Assembly: GCA_964016885.1 (NCBI GenBank)
Contig: OZ024749.1
Coordinates: 36,456,001-36,520,000 of the forward strand
Length of the DNA stretch: 64,000 bases
Direction: 5' to 3'
Source: Eledone cirrhosa
Lineage: Eukaryota
The notes under the pieces are model-generated. The model saw nothing but the letters and a program-made list of their open reading frames with translations. It ran no database searches and was not told the origin of the DNA. Made by a program: the position numbers and the translations under genes. This document shows, piece by piece, positions 50,144-62,477 of this stretch; positions within the stretch are counted from its first letter, which is position 1, and each line of letters opens with the position of its first letter.

Positions 50144-50497
50144 ACACACACATTATAGATCTATAGACACACACACATACACATGTATGCATACATACAT
50201 ACATACATACAGATGTATGTATATATATATGTATGTATACACACATGTATGCATACATACATATACTTACATTTATGGATGTACAATTTCTTTCTCATTT
50301 ACATACACACTCACAGATATACATACCCCTCTCTCTCTCTCTCCCTCCCTTCTCTCTGCAACTCCATGGTGATATCTTGACCACCCTTTGCCTCCATATG
50401 TTAAGGATAACAATTTAATTTCAATATATCTTATGTATAAATTCTAAATATCATTTGCTTTCATTTTCTTGTAAAATTTGCTTGGTTTCATTCCAAA

Positions 50498-50539
<42 letters not shown>

Positions 50540-51399
50540 ATTGGCAAGAAAGACAAAAAACAAGTTTGCATAAGAAAATAAAATAATTACTAAATATTAA
50601 CCTAAAAATCTACCTATATATACACACACATGTATGTAAGTGTGTGTGTGTATGTATGTATATATATCATCATCATCTTCGTTTAACGTCCATCTTCCAC
50701 GCTATAGCCGATCTTACCCAATTACACCTCTCAAAGGTGATGACACACGACCGTGACCTCTGACGTCACGCAGTAATACAGTACCCGACCTCCCATGGGT
50801 ACAAACTGAAGCATATAGACAATATACCCCCCACACCCTCCCACTGCAAAGTGGTCGTGTAGGCGCCATGGAAAAAAGCACCCAGCACTCACTGTAAATG
50901 AGGTTGGTGTTAGGAAGGGCATCCAGCTGTAGAAATCCAGCCAAAATCAGTTCCTGTATGAGCAAGGCATGGTCAGCCGACCAGACACTGCCCACAACAG
51001 GACAACCCGTCTAACCCACGCTAGCATGGAAGAACGGACGTAAAACGGTGATGATGATGATGATATTGTGAGAAGCAAAAAGATATAGATAAAAGATAAA
51101 ATGTTGAAATAATTGACATTTAAATAATAAAGTGTTGAGCAGTGACATTCTTTTAAAAGAAATATTCCTCTTCATAAAGAACCTCAACTACAACAACCAC
51201 TACACCTACCACAGTGACCTATTATTATCTATATTATGTATGTCAACACTTAATAAGATGGACTAACAAAGTAACTTAAGATATTTTCCATGAGATGGAT
51301 AAAGATAAAGGGAAGATTTTTTACTGTCTTTTTCTATCTATTTAACCGTTTCATCCTCATAGTTCTAATGAAACACACTCTATAAAGTGCAAAACCTTG

Positions 51400-52156
51400 G
51401 ATACATCACCAGTGTTGTATCTTAGAGTTAATGTGTGTTTTGGGTTTTACAACATACACCCTCACTTAGGTGACCCAACTACAGGACATATCAGTGTTGT
51501 ATGCTGGAATCATAAGGTGTTTTGGGTCTTATACATATACCCTCATGCAGGTGACCCAACTACCGGACAAATCATCAGTGTTATATCCTGGAATCTCTAG
51601 GTGTTTTGGGTCATATAACATATACCCTCATCCAGGTGACCCAACTACTGGACACGTCATCAGTGTTATATCCTGGAATCTCTAGGTGTTTTGGGTCATA
51701 TAACATATACCCTCATCCAGGTGATCCAACTACTGGACACGTCATCAGTGTTATATCCTGGAATCTCTAGGTGTTTTGGGTCATATAACATATACCCTCA
51801 TTCAGGTGACCCAACTACCGGACACGTCATCAGTGTTATATCCTGGAATCTCTAGGTGTTTTGGGTCATATAACATATACCCTCATGCAGGTGACCCAAC
51901 TACCGGACAAATCATCAGTGTTATATCCTGGAATCTCTAGGTGTTTTGGGTCATATAACATATACCCTCATCCAGGTGACCCAACTACCGGACACGTCAT
52001 CAGTGTTATATCCTGGAATCTCTAGGTGTTTTGGGTCATATAACATATACCCTCATCCAGGTGACCCAACTACCGGACACGTCATCAGTGTTATATCCTG
52101 AGAATCTCTAGGTGTTTTGGGTCTTATAACATATACCCTCATCCAGGTGACCCAAC
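51400..52156 (-). repeat. 85-bp minisatellite (~9 units), apparently an amplified HERO-like LINE 3' UTR
   Basis: Units at 51549, 51634, 51719...; contiguous with the HERO-like ORF end at 52205-52361. Confidence 0.85.
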
Positions 52157-52204
52157 CGGTGTTGTTCAAACCTCACCCCCTGTCCATACTATTGACGCCA
52201 CTGG

Positions 52205-52361
52205 TAACTCATCTTCAGCCATAGCCATCTAGCTTTCCTCTCTGCTGCTTCCATGTTGTTTTTGATGGTTCTCTTCCTACTTGCTTCCATAGGGCTTTGC
52301 TAAGGGAACAAACTGCCAACTTCCACTGCACCTGGCAGCCTTCCACCAACTTCCGGTACTC
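52205..52361 (-). pseudogene. HERO/R2-group LINE C-terminal (restriction-like endonuclease region) fragment
   Basis: EYRKLVEGC..VEVG..and EAAERKARWLWLK, matching the EAAEKASRWLWLKR end of HERO-type ORFs (from recalled consensus). Confidence 0.7.
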
Positions 52362-52595
52362 TTTAATTATTTAATTAATTAAGAATTTTGAAGGATTTCC
52401 TTAGATTATTTCAATACTAAGATAATAACTTAATATATAAATGTTTCTTGTATAAAATTATGTTGGCATAATGATGCCTTACCAAGTGCATTTTATCGTG
52501 GCACCAAAATTAGGAAAGTTGTCATGTGTTTGACTAAACTGAGGAGATTTCCTGGCACTTTGTTTGACAGCTTTTATATATATATATATATATAT

Positions 52596-53188
52596 GCATG
52601 CTACTGTACGTCTGTATACATATATGTATGTACGTATACATACATACTTACATTTAAGTAAGTGCCATACTAAGAGTGAGAAATGAAATTTCGTTTTCAT
52701 TTTTTTTCAACTTGTCGTTTTCGGTATGCCTGACCGATTTAACTCACTCAATATGCAAATTAGGCTGCTCAACCGTTAATTTTCATAAGGAAAGTATATA
52801 CTTTCGAACGTTCAACTATCTGGCAGATGGGTAAATGGTGCTGATGATAGCTAACAAGCTTGAAACTAGTACATCGTTCCTGTGTCAGTGTTGAACAAAA
52901 AGGTGACGTGGTTGCCTTAACACCGTATGGCATAAATTCAGGCTGTTCGATTTGTTGACAAACAAGCGAACAAAGCTGCGTTATAATAAACGTCGGCTAA
53001 ACTGATGCGTGCATATATGTATGTGTACCTGTATGCATATGTGTATATGTATATATATATATATATATATGCATGCTACTGTACGTCTGTATACATATAT
53101 GTATGTACGTATACATACATACTTACATTTAAGTAAATGCCATACTAAGAGTGAGAAATGAAATTTCGTTTTCATTTTTTTTCAACTT
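52596..53188 (+). mobile_element. Partial-tandem (1.25-unit, 475-bp period) element with hammerhead: PLE pLTR or retrozyme-like
   Basis: 118-bp direct repeats 52596-52713 / 53071-53188, flanked by (TA)n. Confidence 0.75.
52834..52878 (+). ncRNA. Minimal type I hammerhead ribozyme motif
   Basis: aatggtg-CTGATGA-t agct aaca agct t-GAAA-ctag-TA-catcgtt; 7-bp stem I, palindromic actagt stem III. Confidence 0.8.
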
Positions 53189-53199
53189 ATATATATAAT

Positions 53200-53530
53200 G
53201 GAGGCACATGGCTTAGTGGTTAGAGAATTGGCCTTGCAATCAAAAGGTGGTGAGTTCAATTCTCAGACCGGGTGATGTGTTGTTTCCTTGGGCAAGACAC
53301 TTTATTTCACATTGCTCCAGTTTACTCAGCTGTAGAAATGAGATGATAGGGACTGGGGTCCATATCATTCCACTGCAAAGTGGTCGCGGAGGTGCCACGG
53401 CAAAAAAGCACCCAGCACTCACTGTAAATGAGGTTGGTGTTAGGAAGGGCATCCAACTATAGAAATCAAGCCAGAATCGGTTCCCATCCCACCGTTGCAA
53501 GCAGGGAAAAGCGGACATAAAAGGATGATG

Positions 53531-53532
<2 letters not shown>
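53200..53532 (+). mobile_element. SINE family B, full length (tRNA head, CORE-like block, (TGA)n tail)
   Basis: ggcacatggcttagtggttagag...gagttcaattct; ccttgggcaagacactt; inverse copy 58783-59111; fragments 24344-24563 and 54204-54321. Confidence 0.9.
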
Positions 53533-53563
<31 letters not shown>

Positions 53564-53801
53564 CTGCTGTTTTGTACTAAATGTTTATAGTATCTTTACT
53601 TGTGGACAGATCATTGACAAAATTTGGTGTATTGGAGTAAAGATGATGCAATCATAGTATTGTTTAGTATTTTTTCATAATGTCTTGCTAATGTGGTTTC
53701 ATGTGGTACAGATTGTTAAGGCTTAATAAAATAAAAATGTTGCAATAGATATATATAAAAACACCCAGGTATTGATATCTATATACTAATATATATATGT
53801 A

Positions 53802-54125
53802 CAGTGGAAGCTCGGTTCATGAATTTAATTTGTTCCTGAAGGCCATTCGTCAGCCAAAATGTTCGTAAACCGAAACTATTTTTCCCCATATGAAATGTGA
53901 GAAAAATCCAGTGAGTGAGACACTGTGTGTGAAAGACAGATAGATATCACGACAATAACTAACTACACAGCAAGTGATGCTTTCTCGTCGATACATCCAG
54001 CTGGTCACCAACCATTGTTGCCAGCTTGTGTGTTCATTACTCAAGACACCGTTCGTGAACCGAGACGTTTTATGTTTGGAAAAATTGTTCATTTTGAGAG
54101 GCATTTGTGAACCGAGGTTCCACTG
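53802..54125. mobile_element. Tigger/pogo-like (Tc1/mariner) MITE
   Basis: TA-cagtggaagctcggttca ... tgaaccgaggttccactg-TA. Confidence 0.9.
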
Positions 54126-54158
<33 letters not shown>

Positions 54159-54172
54159 GTGTGTATATATAT

Positions 54173-54204
<32 letters not shown>

Positions 54205-54536
54205 AATGAGGTTGGTGTTAGGAAGGGCATCCAGCTGTAGAAATCAAGCCAGAATCAGTTCCCGTCCCACCCTTGCAAGCAGGGAAAAAGGGGACGTAAA
54301 ATGAAATGATGATGATGATGATATATATATATTCATATGTGTGGACATACAATCAGATATCAGTATACATACATCATCATATTAACCAGTTTAAGTAGAT
54401 TTCAGTGCCATTCCAAGTCTTGTATATCTTTTCTCTTCTCCACCCATGCCACACTTTCCCAGAGTCTCCACACAATACCACTAATGATTTCCTGGACATA
54501 TAGCAGCATGCAGCACTTAACTATTGCTACAACTCA

Positions 54537-54574
<38 letters not shown>

Positions 54575-55412
54575 ACAGCACTGTCTCCTCATGACTTGCT
54601 TCACAATGGCGCCCGAAGGGTTAACCATAACACAACAAAAGCTGTTGAACTTTTTAAAATATCAATTATCTCCCCTGTTTTGCAGTCCATTTTTATTTAT
54701 TTATTGATCTAGTTATTTATTTTTTACTTTTTCTTAGCTGTTTCTGTTATATAGAGCATTGAATCTTATCAATTACCCACCCATTGTTTATGGGGGAGTG
54801 AAGGTTAGGTGGTGGTGTAGGGTTAGGCTTTAACCTTCTAGATTCTTCTATTTTATTTATTTTTTGTTTGTTTGTTTGTTTGTTTCCAAATCCAAATACC
54901 AGACTTGTAGTTGTAGCTAGCTACACTGATGTTGGTGTTGCTACTACTACTACTACTACAAACTTTATACTGTGAAAGTTAAAAAGAAATAAGTATATCT
55001 CTTTTATTCTTTTATTGTTTTCAGTCAGTAGACTGCGGTCATATTGGAGCACTACTATGATTTAGGGCTACTAACTTCTCAGATGGGTTATATGTATGTG
55101 TGTGTGTGTGTCTGTATGTACCCAGTTGATACTGTAAAATAGTTGGCGTTAGGAAGGGCATCCAGCTGGAGAAAGCAAGCCGGAAACAGATCCATATGAA
55201 CAAAATTATAGTCACCTGATGGTGACTTGTCTCATAATGAGAAAACAACCCATATTCCCCATGCAAGCATGGAATATAGATGTTGAATGATGATTATATA
55301 TATATATATATATATAATATCGATGATGACAGTTTTTTCTGTCATCATTGATTCAGTCTGGAACTAGCTGTTGAAACAGCAAGAGCTCAGCCGTTGGGGT
55401 GCTGACTCTTTC

Positions 55413-55444
<32 letters not shown>

Positions 55445-57187
55445 ATAAATATATATTCTGTTTCCATAGTTGGAACTTTTTCTCTAGTTCTTTTAATCTA
55501 GTGTCTTAGGCTTACTGAGGCATTATGCAATGACCCCTAAGAAGGCTTGCTTATTCCAATGTCTTAGCCTCGTTATCAGCTGACCTTACCAAGGCATCAG
55601 GTGATGACCACAAGGGTGCTTGGTAATTCCAGTACCTTAGCTTTTCTATCATCTGCAGCAAAGGCAGTGCCATGTGTTGTCTTGTCTCAAGAATCATTAG
55701 TAGGTGTTCCGGCACCCTTTGTTGTGCTGTATAATTAAGTGTAAGAGACTTCTCCTTCCCCACATCTTTTTATCTTAGTACTCTACATGTCTGCATTGTC
55801 TTAGTCATTATATCTATTGTATTGACTGATTGTACTAAATAAATATGGAAACTAACTTTCTCATTATCGAGCTGATGTTTAGAACATAACAAAAGTTCTC
55901 TCATAAAACATGATGGAAGGTTTTTAGATAAATATAAACATTTTTAACAAACAGTTTTGTGTCGTAGAATCAGGGGTAGTTTCATGTGGTTTAGTAAACT
56001 ACATGACACATTATTAGTGATCTATTCTGGGGTCATTGGATGTTTCAGAGAGTATACATCATACAGCCTTGTATTTCACAGATTGTAAGATACTCCAATG
56101 CATTAGATAAATCGTAAGTTACAAGGTCGGTAAATTGGCAGAGTCATTAATTAGAATGTCAGATAGAATGCTTTGGAGTATTCACTCCGAATTGCTACAT
56201 TCTGAGTTCAAATCCTGCTACGGTCAACTTTGCTTTTCACTCTTCTGAGATCGATAGTGTACCAGTCAAGACCTGGGGTCAATCCTTCGTCTATATCTCT
56301 TTTTTATTCCCTCTCTATCATTTTCTTTCTTCAAATCTTGAAAGGAATATGTGCTCCATCAGGTTTAAAATACCCAAGAAATGCTATATGTCACTATAGT
56401 GCTCCTATGACTCCAGTATTTACAAGATAATAAATCAGTGAAATAAACTGTGTGTCTAACACCAAGTAATATTTCTTCTGCTGAAATTAACCTTATTTCA
56501 GCTTAAAATCCTCACTAATAGTGACAAATTTATTGAAAAGTAGCATAGATCATTAAATATAAAACTAAATTATGTATTTTTGATACAGAACTAAGGTTTG
56601 ATTTGATTTCTGGGTAGGTTAAGATATATGATAGACCCAGTGTTTACCTGTTGAACAAATTATTATAGCTTAAAACCTTCACTGTAAACTTATAACTTAT
56701 AACTGACCTCCTCCAGCTTATGAGACACTGTGGTTTTTAGAGAGATTTTATAAGGTGGGTTGGTGGTTATATCTAACTAACCTTAATATAGATATACATA
56801 GGACTTGTATATGATGGCAGACTGCTGCTATAGTAGAGCTGTACTATATGTAGTTAGTAGTAGCACTGACTGACTGTCTGTCAGTCACATGTCATTCACT
56901 AGATTTTCACAATGAACTCAAATGCTTAACAATTGCTGAAGTATCTCAATTCTTAGAACATCCAGTTAAGTAGGGAATACTTATGTATTATCTAGAGCTC
57001 CATATTGTGTTATTCTAGTAGAAGTAGTAGAAGTAGTAGTAATGATGATGGTGGTGGTGGTGGTGGTGGTGGTGTCACATGCAAGGTGAGGGTCAGTAGT
57101 GGTGTGGGTGGAACAAGGTTGGTGGAGGTGATGATGGTATTTAGGTTGTGTATTTTATTTCCGCCATAATTCTTTGGTATGTATGTA

Positions 57188-57228
<41 letters not shown>

Positions 57229-57289
57229 TTATATATTTATATTACTGTCATCTTACAGACATCTCACTTATTGACCCCTCCACCTTATT

Positions 57290-57530
57290 TAGTCAATGGT
57301 TCTACTAACATGTCCACCTAGCAGTGGTTGTAGTGTACACCAGACTGTCTCAGGAAAGACCCTGAGCAAGATGGTTGGGTAACATCCATGAGCTTGACTG
57401 GTCTCGCTTGGGGAACCAGCCGGATCAGTTGGAAATGGTTGTTTCTGACGGGACCCACTGGAAGGAGTTACAGGACTCTGTCCCAATGACCCTCTCGAGA
57501 ATAAGTGGGTGAAGAAGAAGGAAGATGATC
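57290..57530 (+). mobile_element. RTE (Expander-like) LINE 3' end, degenerate
   Basis: RP.ARWLGNIHELDWSRLG resembles the RPRTRWRD..LAWERLG C-terminus; (GAA)n tail. Confidence 0.6.
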
Positions 57531-58176
57531 TTTCTTTAAGCTATCTTCCAAATATCAATCAAATATTTATTATTTCAGAAGATCCTGTAATAAGGTGAAA
57601 GCAGAAATTCTTTGCTTAAACTTTAATCTGTACTAATAATAAAATAAATATATATATATGTGTGTGTCTTGTGTCTATTTTTTACTCTCCCATATGCACT
57701 GGAGCTAGTGGTTATAACCTTAAAGCACTGAAACCATGAGGAACTTTAGTGGTTGACTGATGAGAAGAGGCTGGCCTTTGTGTCATCTATTTTTCTATTG
57801 TCCTCACCCACCTGTTTTTATTATTAGCCAAGCAGGACACCTTTTCAAATTAATAGATATATCAATCTATCCAGCTATTCATCATCATAATTTTACATGT
57901 GTTTTACATGCTAGCATGGGTTGGATGTGTTGCCACAGTTATACACAAGACTGGTTGGTAAACCATGTCTTGTTCATATATTCCATATATATATATATGG
58001 TGTGTGTGTGTGTGTGCTTAGGTGAAGGTTCTTAACACATATACACATGGCTCATAATACACAGATACATATCATTGTAGGAAGGAACTGGTCTCTAACA
58101 AAGACACAAAGCATTATTGCTAGTATTTACATATCTATGGAGCTGTGTGTGTATGTATATATATATATATATATAT

Positions 58177-58768
58177 GCTACTGGTAACATGTATCCCAGT
58201 ACAACCTGTCTCATGGTCGGGTCGTTGGCGATTAAACTGGCAACCCCACCAAGGTTTCTTGGTGAGGAGGGTGACTTTGGACATCCTGCAGGACTAAAAA
58301 CAAAACCTGTCAAAGGGCAAAGGAGCTCTTAAGAGTCAATGGCCATCCAAAATCACTGGGAGAGATGACCCCTTAGCCTTTGTCAAGGCAGAATTCTAGG
58401 AGAAGGAAAACTCTGATATAACACCTGCAACTCTGATGGTATCCAATGATGTTGACTTGTTCTTCTTTTTGGTAAATATCATCTTGGGTTAAGAGAGTGG
58501 GACTGGCTTTGCGCAGTGCCTTTGCTCACTATAAAAGCTTCACGGCACAGGCATTGCTTTATATCTGGAGATCTCTCTGCACTTTTCGTCACATGGTACC
58601 ATGGGCCCAGCACTATGTGTCAATAATTGTCACAAGTGTAGTGTTTGTACCAGAGTTTTCAAGTCGGTGGCTGGACCAAAAAGTCACACTCGTTCAGCGC
58701 ATCGGTAGGGGTTCTTCTAAATGGATATAAAGTAGTGGCCGTACTCGAAAACGAGTTGGCAGCCACCA
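58177..58768 (+). mobile_element. Non-autonomous RTE-related element, longer copy
   Basis: ctaggagaaggaaaactctga motif typical of RTE 5' UTRs; 3' part matches 33847-34203; flanked by (TA)n. Confidence 0.7.
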
Positions 58769-58782
58769 CATATATATTATAT

Positions 58783-59111
58783 ATCATCATTTTACGTCCG
58801 CTTTTCCTTGCTTGCAAGGGTGGGACCGGAACTGATTCTGGCTCAATTTCTACAGCTGGATGCGCTTCCTAACACCAACCTCATTTACAGTATGGGCTGG
58901 GTGCTTTTTTGCCGTGGAACCTCCACGACCACTTCGCAGTGGAATGATAGGAACCCAGTCCCTATCATCTCATTTCTACAGCTGAGTAAACTGGAGCAAT
59001 GTGAAATAAAGTGTCTTGCTCAAGGAAACAACACATCACCCGGTCAGAGAATTGAACTCACAACCTTTCGATAGCAAGGCCAATGCTCTAACCACTGAGC
59101 CATGTGCCTCC
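58783..59111 (-). mobile_element. SINE family B, full length
   Basis: Reverse complement of 53200-53532. Confidence 0.9.
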
Positions 59112-59759
59112 ATATATATGTATGTCTGTCTGTTGTATATGTGTGTGTGTGTATGTATGTGTATATGTGTGAATATATATATATATATCAATTGTTTGAT
59201 GTATAGTTGTTATCTTTCTAGTTTCTTGGAAGAAATATGTTGAAGTTTAAATGGAGAAGATATTTCTGATTGAATCAAAACCATTTGTCACACAGATCTA
59301 TGTTAACACACCCATACACACCATGCACTTATTTTATATTCACATACATACACACACACACGGCATGCACTGTTCTATATTAAAATACATACATACACAT
59401 ACTCATCTACATTAACACACATACACATATATACACACACAGATCTATATTAACACAAATACACATACATATACACAGAAACAATATTACACTCACGCAT
59501 TCACACTGTCATTCATGCATCTATATACACAGATCTATATCAAAACACACACACACACACATATATATATATGTACATACACACACTCCCATATATATGC
59601 TCTATTCTACACAAATTTACACATACACACATATACCACTGTATTTGAAATTCCCCTCCCTACCGATCTTCTCACCCCCACCTCACATCAATACATCTTC
59701 TATTGATCCTTTATCGGTTATTTTGTTGAGATATGATGGATGACTTCACGCTGCCCTGC

Positions 59760-60478
59760 CTATCATCATCATCACCATCATCACCATCATTACCCCCTAT
59801 CACCACCATCACTATCATCATCATTATTATCCCTATTGCTATAAGCACTATCACCTTCATCATCACTACCATCACCACCACCACCAACAACAATAACAAC
59901 CCTACCACCACCACCACCACCATCAACACTATAACCACCACCATCAGCACTATCACCACCACCATCAACACTACCACCAACACTATCATCATCACCACCA
60001 CCACCAACACTATCATCATCACCACCACCACCAACACTACCACCAACACTACCACCAACACTATCATCACCACCACCACCAACACTACCACCAACACTAC
60101 CATCACCACCAACACTACCACCAACACTATCATCACTATCACCACCAAAACTACCACCAACACTATCACCACCACCACCACCACCACTACCACCACCACC
60201 ATCAACACTACCACCATCACCATCAACACTACCACCATCGACACTACCACCATCAACACCACTACCACCACCACCATCAACACCACTACCACCATCAACA
60301 CCACTACCACCACCACCATCAACACTACCACCACCACCATCAACACTACCACCATCAACACCATCATCAACACCACTACCAACACTACCACCACCATCAA
60401 CACTACCACCACCACCATCAACACTACCACCACCACCATCAACACTACCACCATCAACACCACTACCACCACCACCAT
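59760..60478. repeat. (ACC/ATC/AAC)n compound trinucleotide satellite
   Basis: Direct inspection. Confidence 0.95.
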
Positions 60479-60993
60479 TTATATCTATTGTACTGGTCTC
60501 CTCAAACCCCCTCCTCCTTCCTCTCCTTTGGTCTGTTGTCATGGTGTTGACTGTCTGTGAATTCTTCACATTAACAGCCACCACCTCCACAACAACAACA
60601 ACAACACTGATTTACATAATGGTTATAAAAACAAGGTTTCACTACCTCCCCTCTTTCTTTTCTCCCACCTCACACCATCACTCCCTCTCATTGCTTTTTA
60701 CAACTTTCTATTATTAGCATGATTTTTTAATATTGTTACTACTACTATTACTACTAACACCACTACTACTACTACTTCCACTATCACTACTACTACTACT
60801 ATTTCCACTACCACTACTACCACTACTACTACTACTACTTTCATTATTATTAGTATCAGGACTATTTATTACATTTATCTCTACTGCTTTCCCTATATTT
60901 CAAATAAATCCTTCTCTCTGTTGTTTTCCTTCTGGTATTGTCCCAAATGTCTTCAGCCCCACTGGCCAATGAAATCATTATTATTATCATTAT

Positions 60994-61125
60994 TGGCAGT
61001 ATCGGTAGAGCATCGCGCAACATGCTTCGCGACAGAGTTATGGCCCTTTGCGTTCTGAGTTCAAATCCTGCCTAGGTTAGCTTTGCCTTTCATCCTTACC
61101 AGGTCGATGAAATAAAGCAGTACTA
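60994..61125 (+). mobile_element. SINE A, 3'-truncated
   Basis: Head and central block after (ATT)n. Confidence 0.8.
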
Positions 61126-61154
61126 CTGCTAAAATAAAGCACAGCGGCTGCCGT

Positions 61155-61515
61155 CTGGAAGAGGCTCTGTGGCTGACCCCACACCAGATGGCTGGATATC
61201 ATCAGAGAAGACCCCCAGAGGCTCAAAATCACCTTGGAGGATGCAAAGGAGCTGTGGAAGAGGCTCTGTGGCAGGCCCCACACCAGATGGCTGGATATCA
61301 TCAGAGAAGACCTCCAGAGGCTCAAAATCACCTTGGAGGATGCAAAGGAGCTGTGGAAGAGGCTCTGTGGCTGACCCCACACCAGATGGCTGGATATCAT
61401 CAGAGAAGATCCTCCAGAGGCTCAAAATCACCTTGGAGGATGCAAAGGAGCTGTGGAAGAGGCTCCGCAGCTGACCCCACACCAGATGGCTGGATATCAT
61501 CAGAGAAGATCTCCT
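61155..61515 (+). repeat. 99-bp tandem (3.6 units) derived from an RTE ORF C-terminus
   Basis: Units at 61156, 61255, 61354, 61454; translate to WKRLCGRPHTRWLDIIREDLQRLKITLEDAKEL. Confidence 0.8.
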
Positions 61516-61733
61516 GACAAGAACACCTCTCAACTCTCAAAACTTTCTGGACGGTTGTTGTTTTGCAAGTGGTGTTGGAGGAGAATTTGAAATCGTGTGA
61601 GGGCCACAGCGAACACCTCAATGGTCCTATTGTAGGCCACTGTCAACCTGTTACTGACACTGGCTATAGAATTAATAAATGTAGACTTAGACTGTAAGTT
61701 TATTGAGATTAAAGGAAAAATAAATTTGCTTAA

Positions 61734-62111
61734 CCCCTTTGACCAAAACCAGCTCTGGTTCTATGAACTAAAATCACCTGTCTTAGAGAGTTCTTATTTA
61801 AATTAAAATCTGACAACACAATTTCATATAAGAAACATATGTTAAGTTACTATCTTCGAAATAGAATAATTAATAATTTTAGTAAATCTTTCAAAATTCT
61901 TCATTAACACTTTTGATAACAATCTAGGCAAAAACCAGCTTTGGTTCCATGAAACAAAACCATCCATTTTAAAGTAGTCTTCAAACATAATTTTGTATAA
62001 GAACCATGTTAAGTTACTATCTTAGTATTGAAATAATTTTAGTAATTCTTTCAAAATTCTTTAGTAATTAATTGAAATAGATTGTATTTCATTAAAAATA
62101 TGATAAACGGG
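61734..62111. mobile_element. piggyBac-like MITE family 2 with internal duplication
   Basis: TTAA-cccc start, aaacggg end; aaaaccagct..ggtt block repeated. Confidence 0.55.
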
Positions 62112-62477
62112 TTGAATAATACCACAGCTCAAGGGGGCTGAGTTAGTGGCTAGAAATTAGAGCTTTGTGTGGACATGTGATCTGTAGCGGTGAGGGTTTC
62201 TGGGTGACAGTAAATCTATGTAAAAGATCTCTAGTTACAGGATGCCACAATCGACATGGTACAGGATCATGACATGTGACTCCCTAAACTGTACACATTG
62301 AAATGTGGTCAGTGTTGAGTTGGCTGTCATATAGTACTTCATATAATTAACTAGTGCATGTCACAGTGTGAAGTGCAGTCCTCAGGTGCAGATACGATAG
62401 TATAACTTTACACTATATTACTTAATGGAGAACCTGTGTATTATTGACTATTGCTGTGCAATTCTGGTAATAAGCAC

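Noticed and set aside
55551-55763. 70-aa minus ORF as a gene or R4/Dong LINE end
   Set aside because: No recognisable motif at usable confidence
59711-60590. Thr-rich mucin-like and Val/Gly-rich ORFs
   Set aside because: Trinucleotide satellite open in several frames on both strands; no signal peptide or splice context
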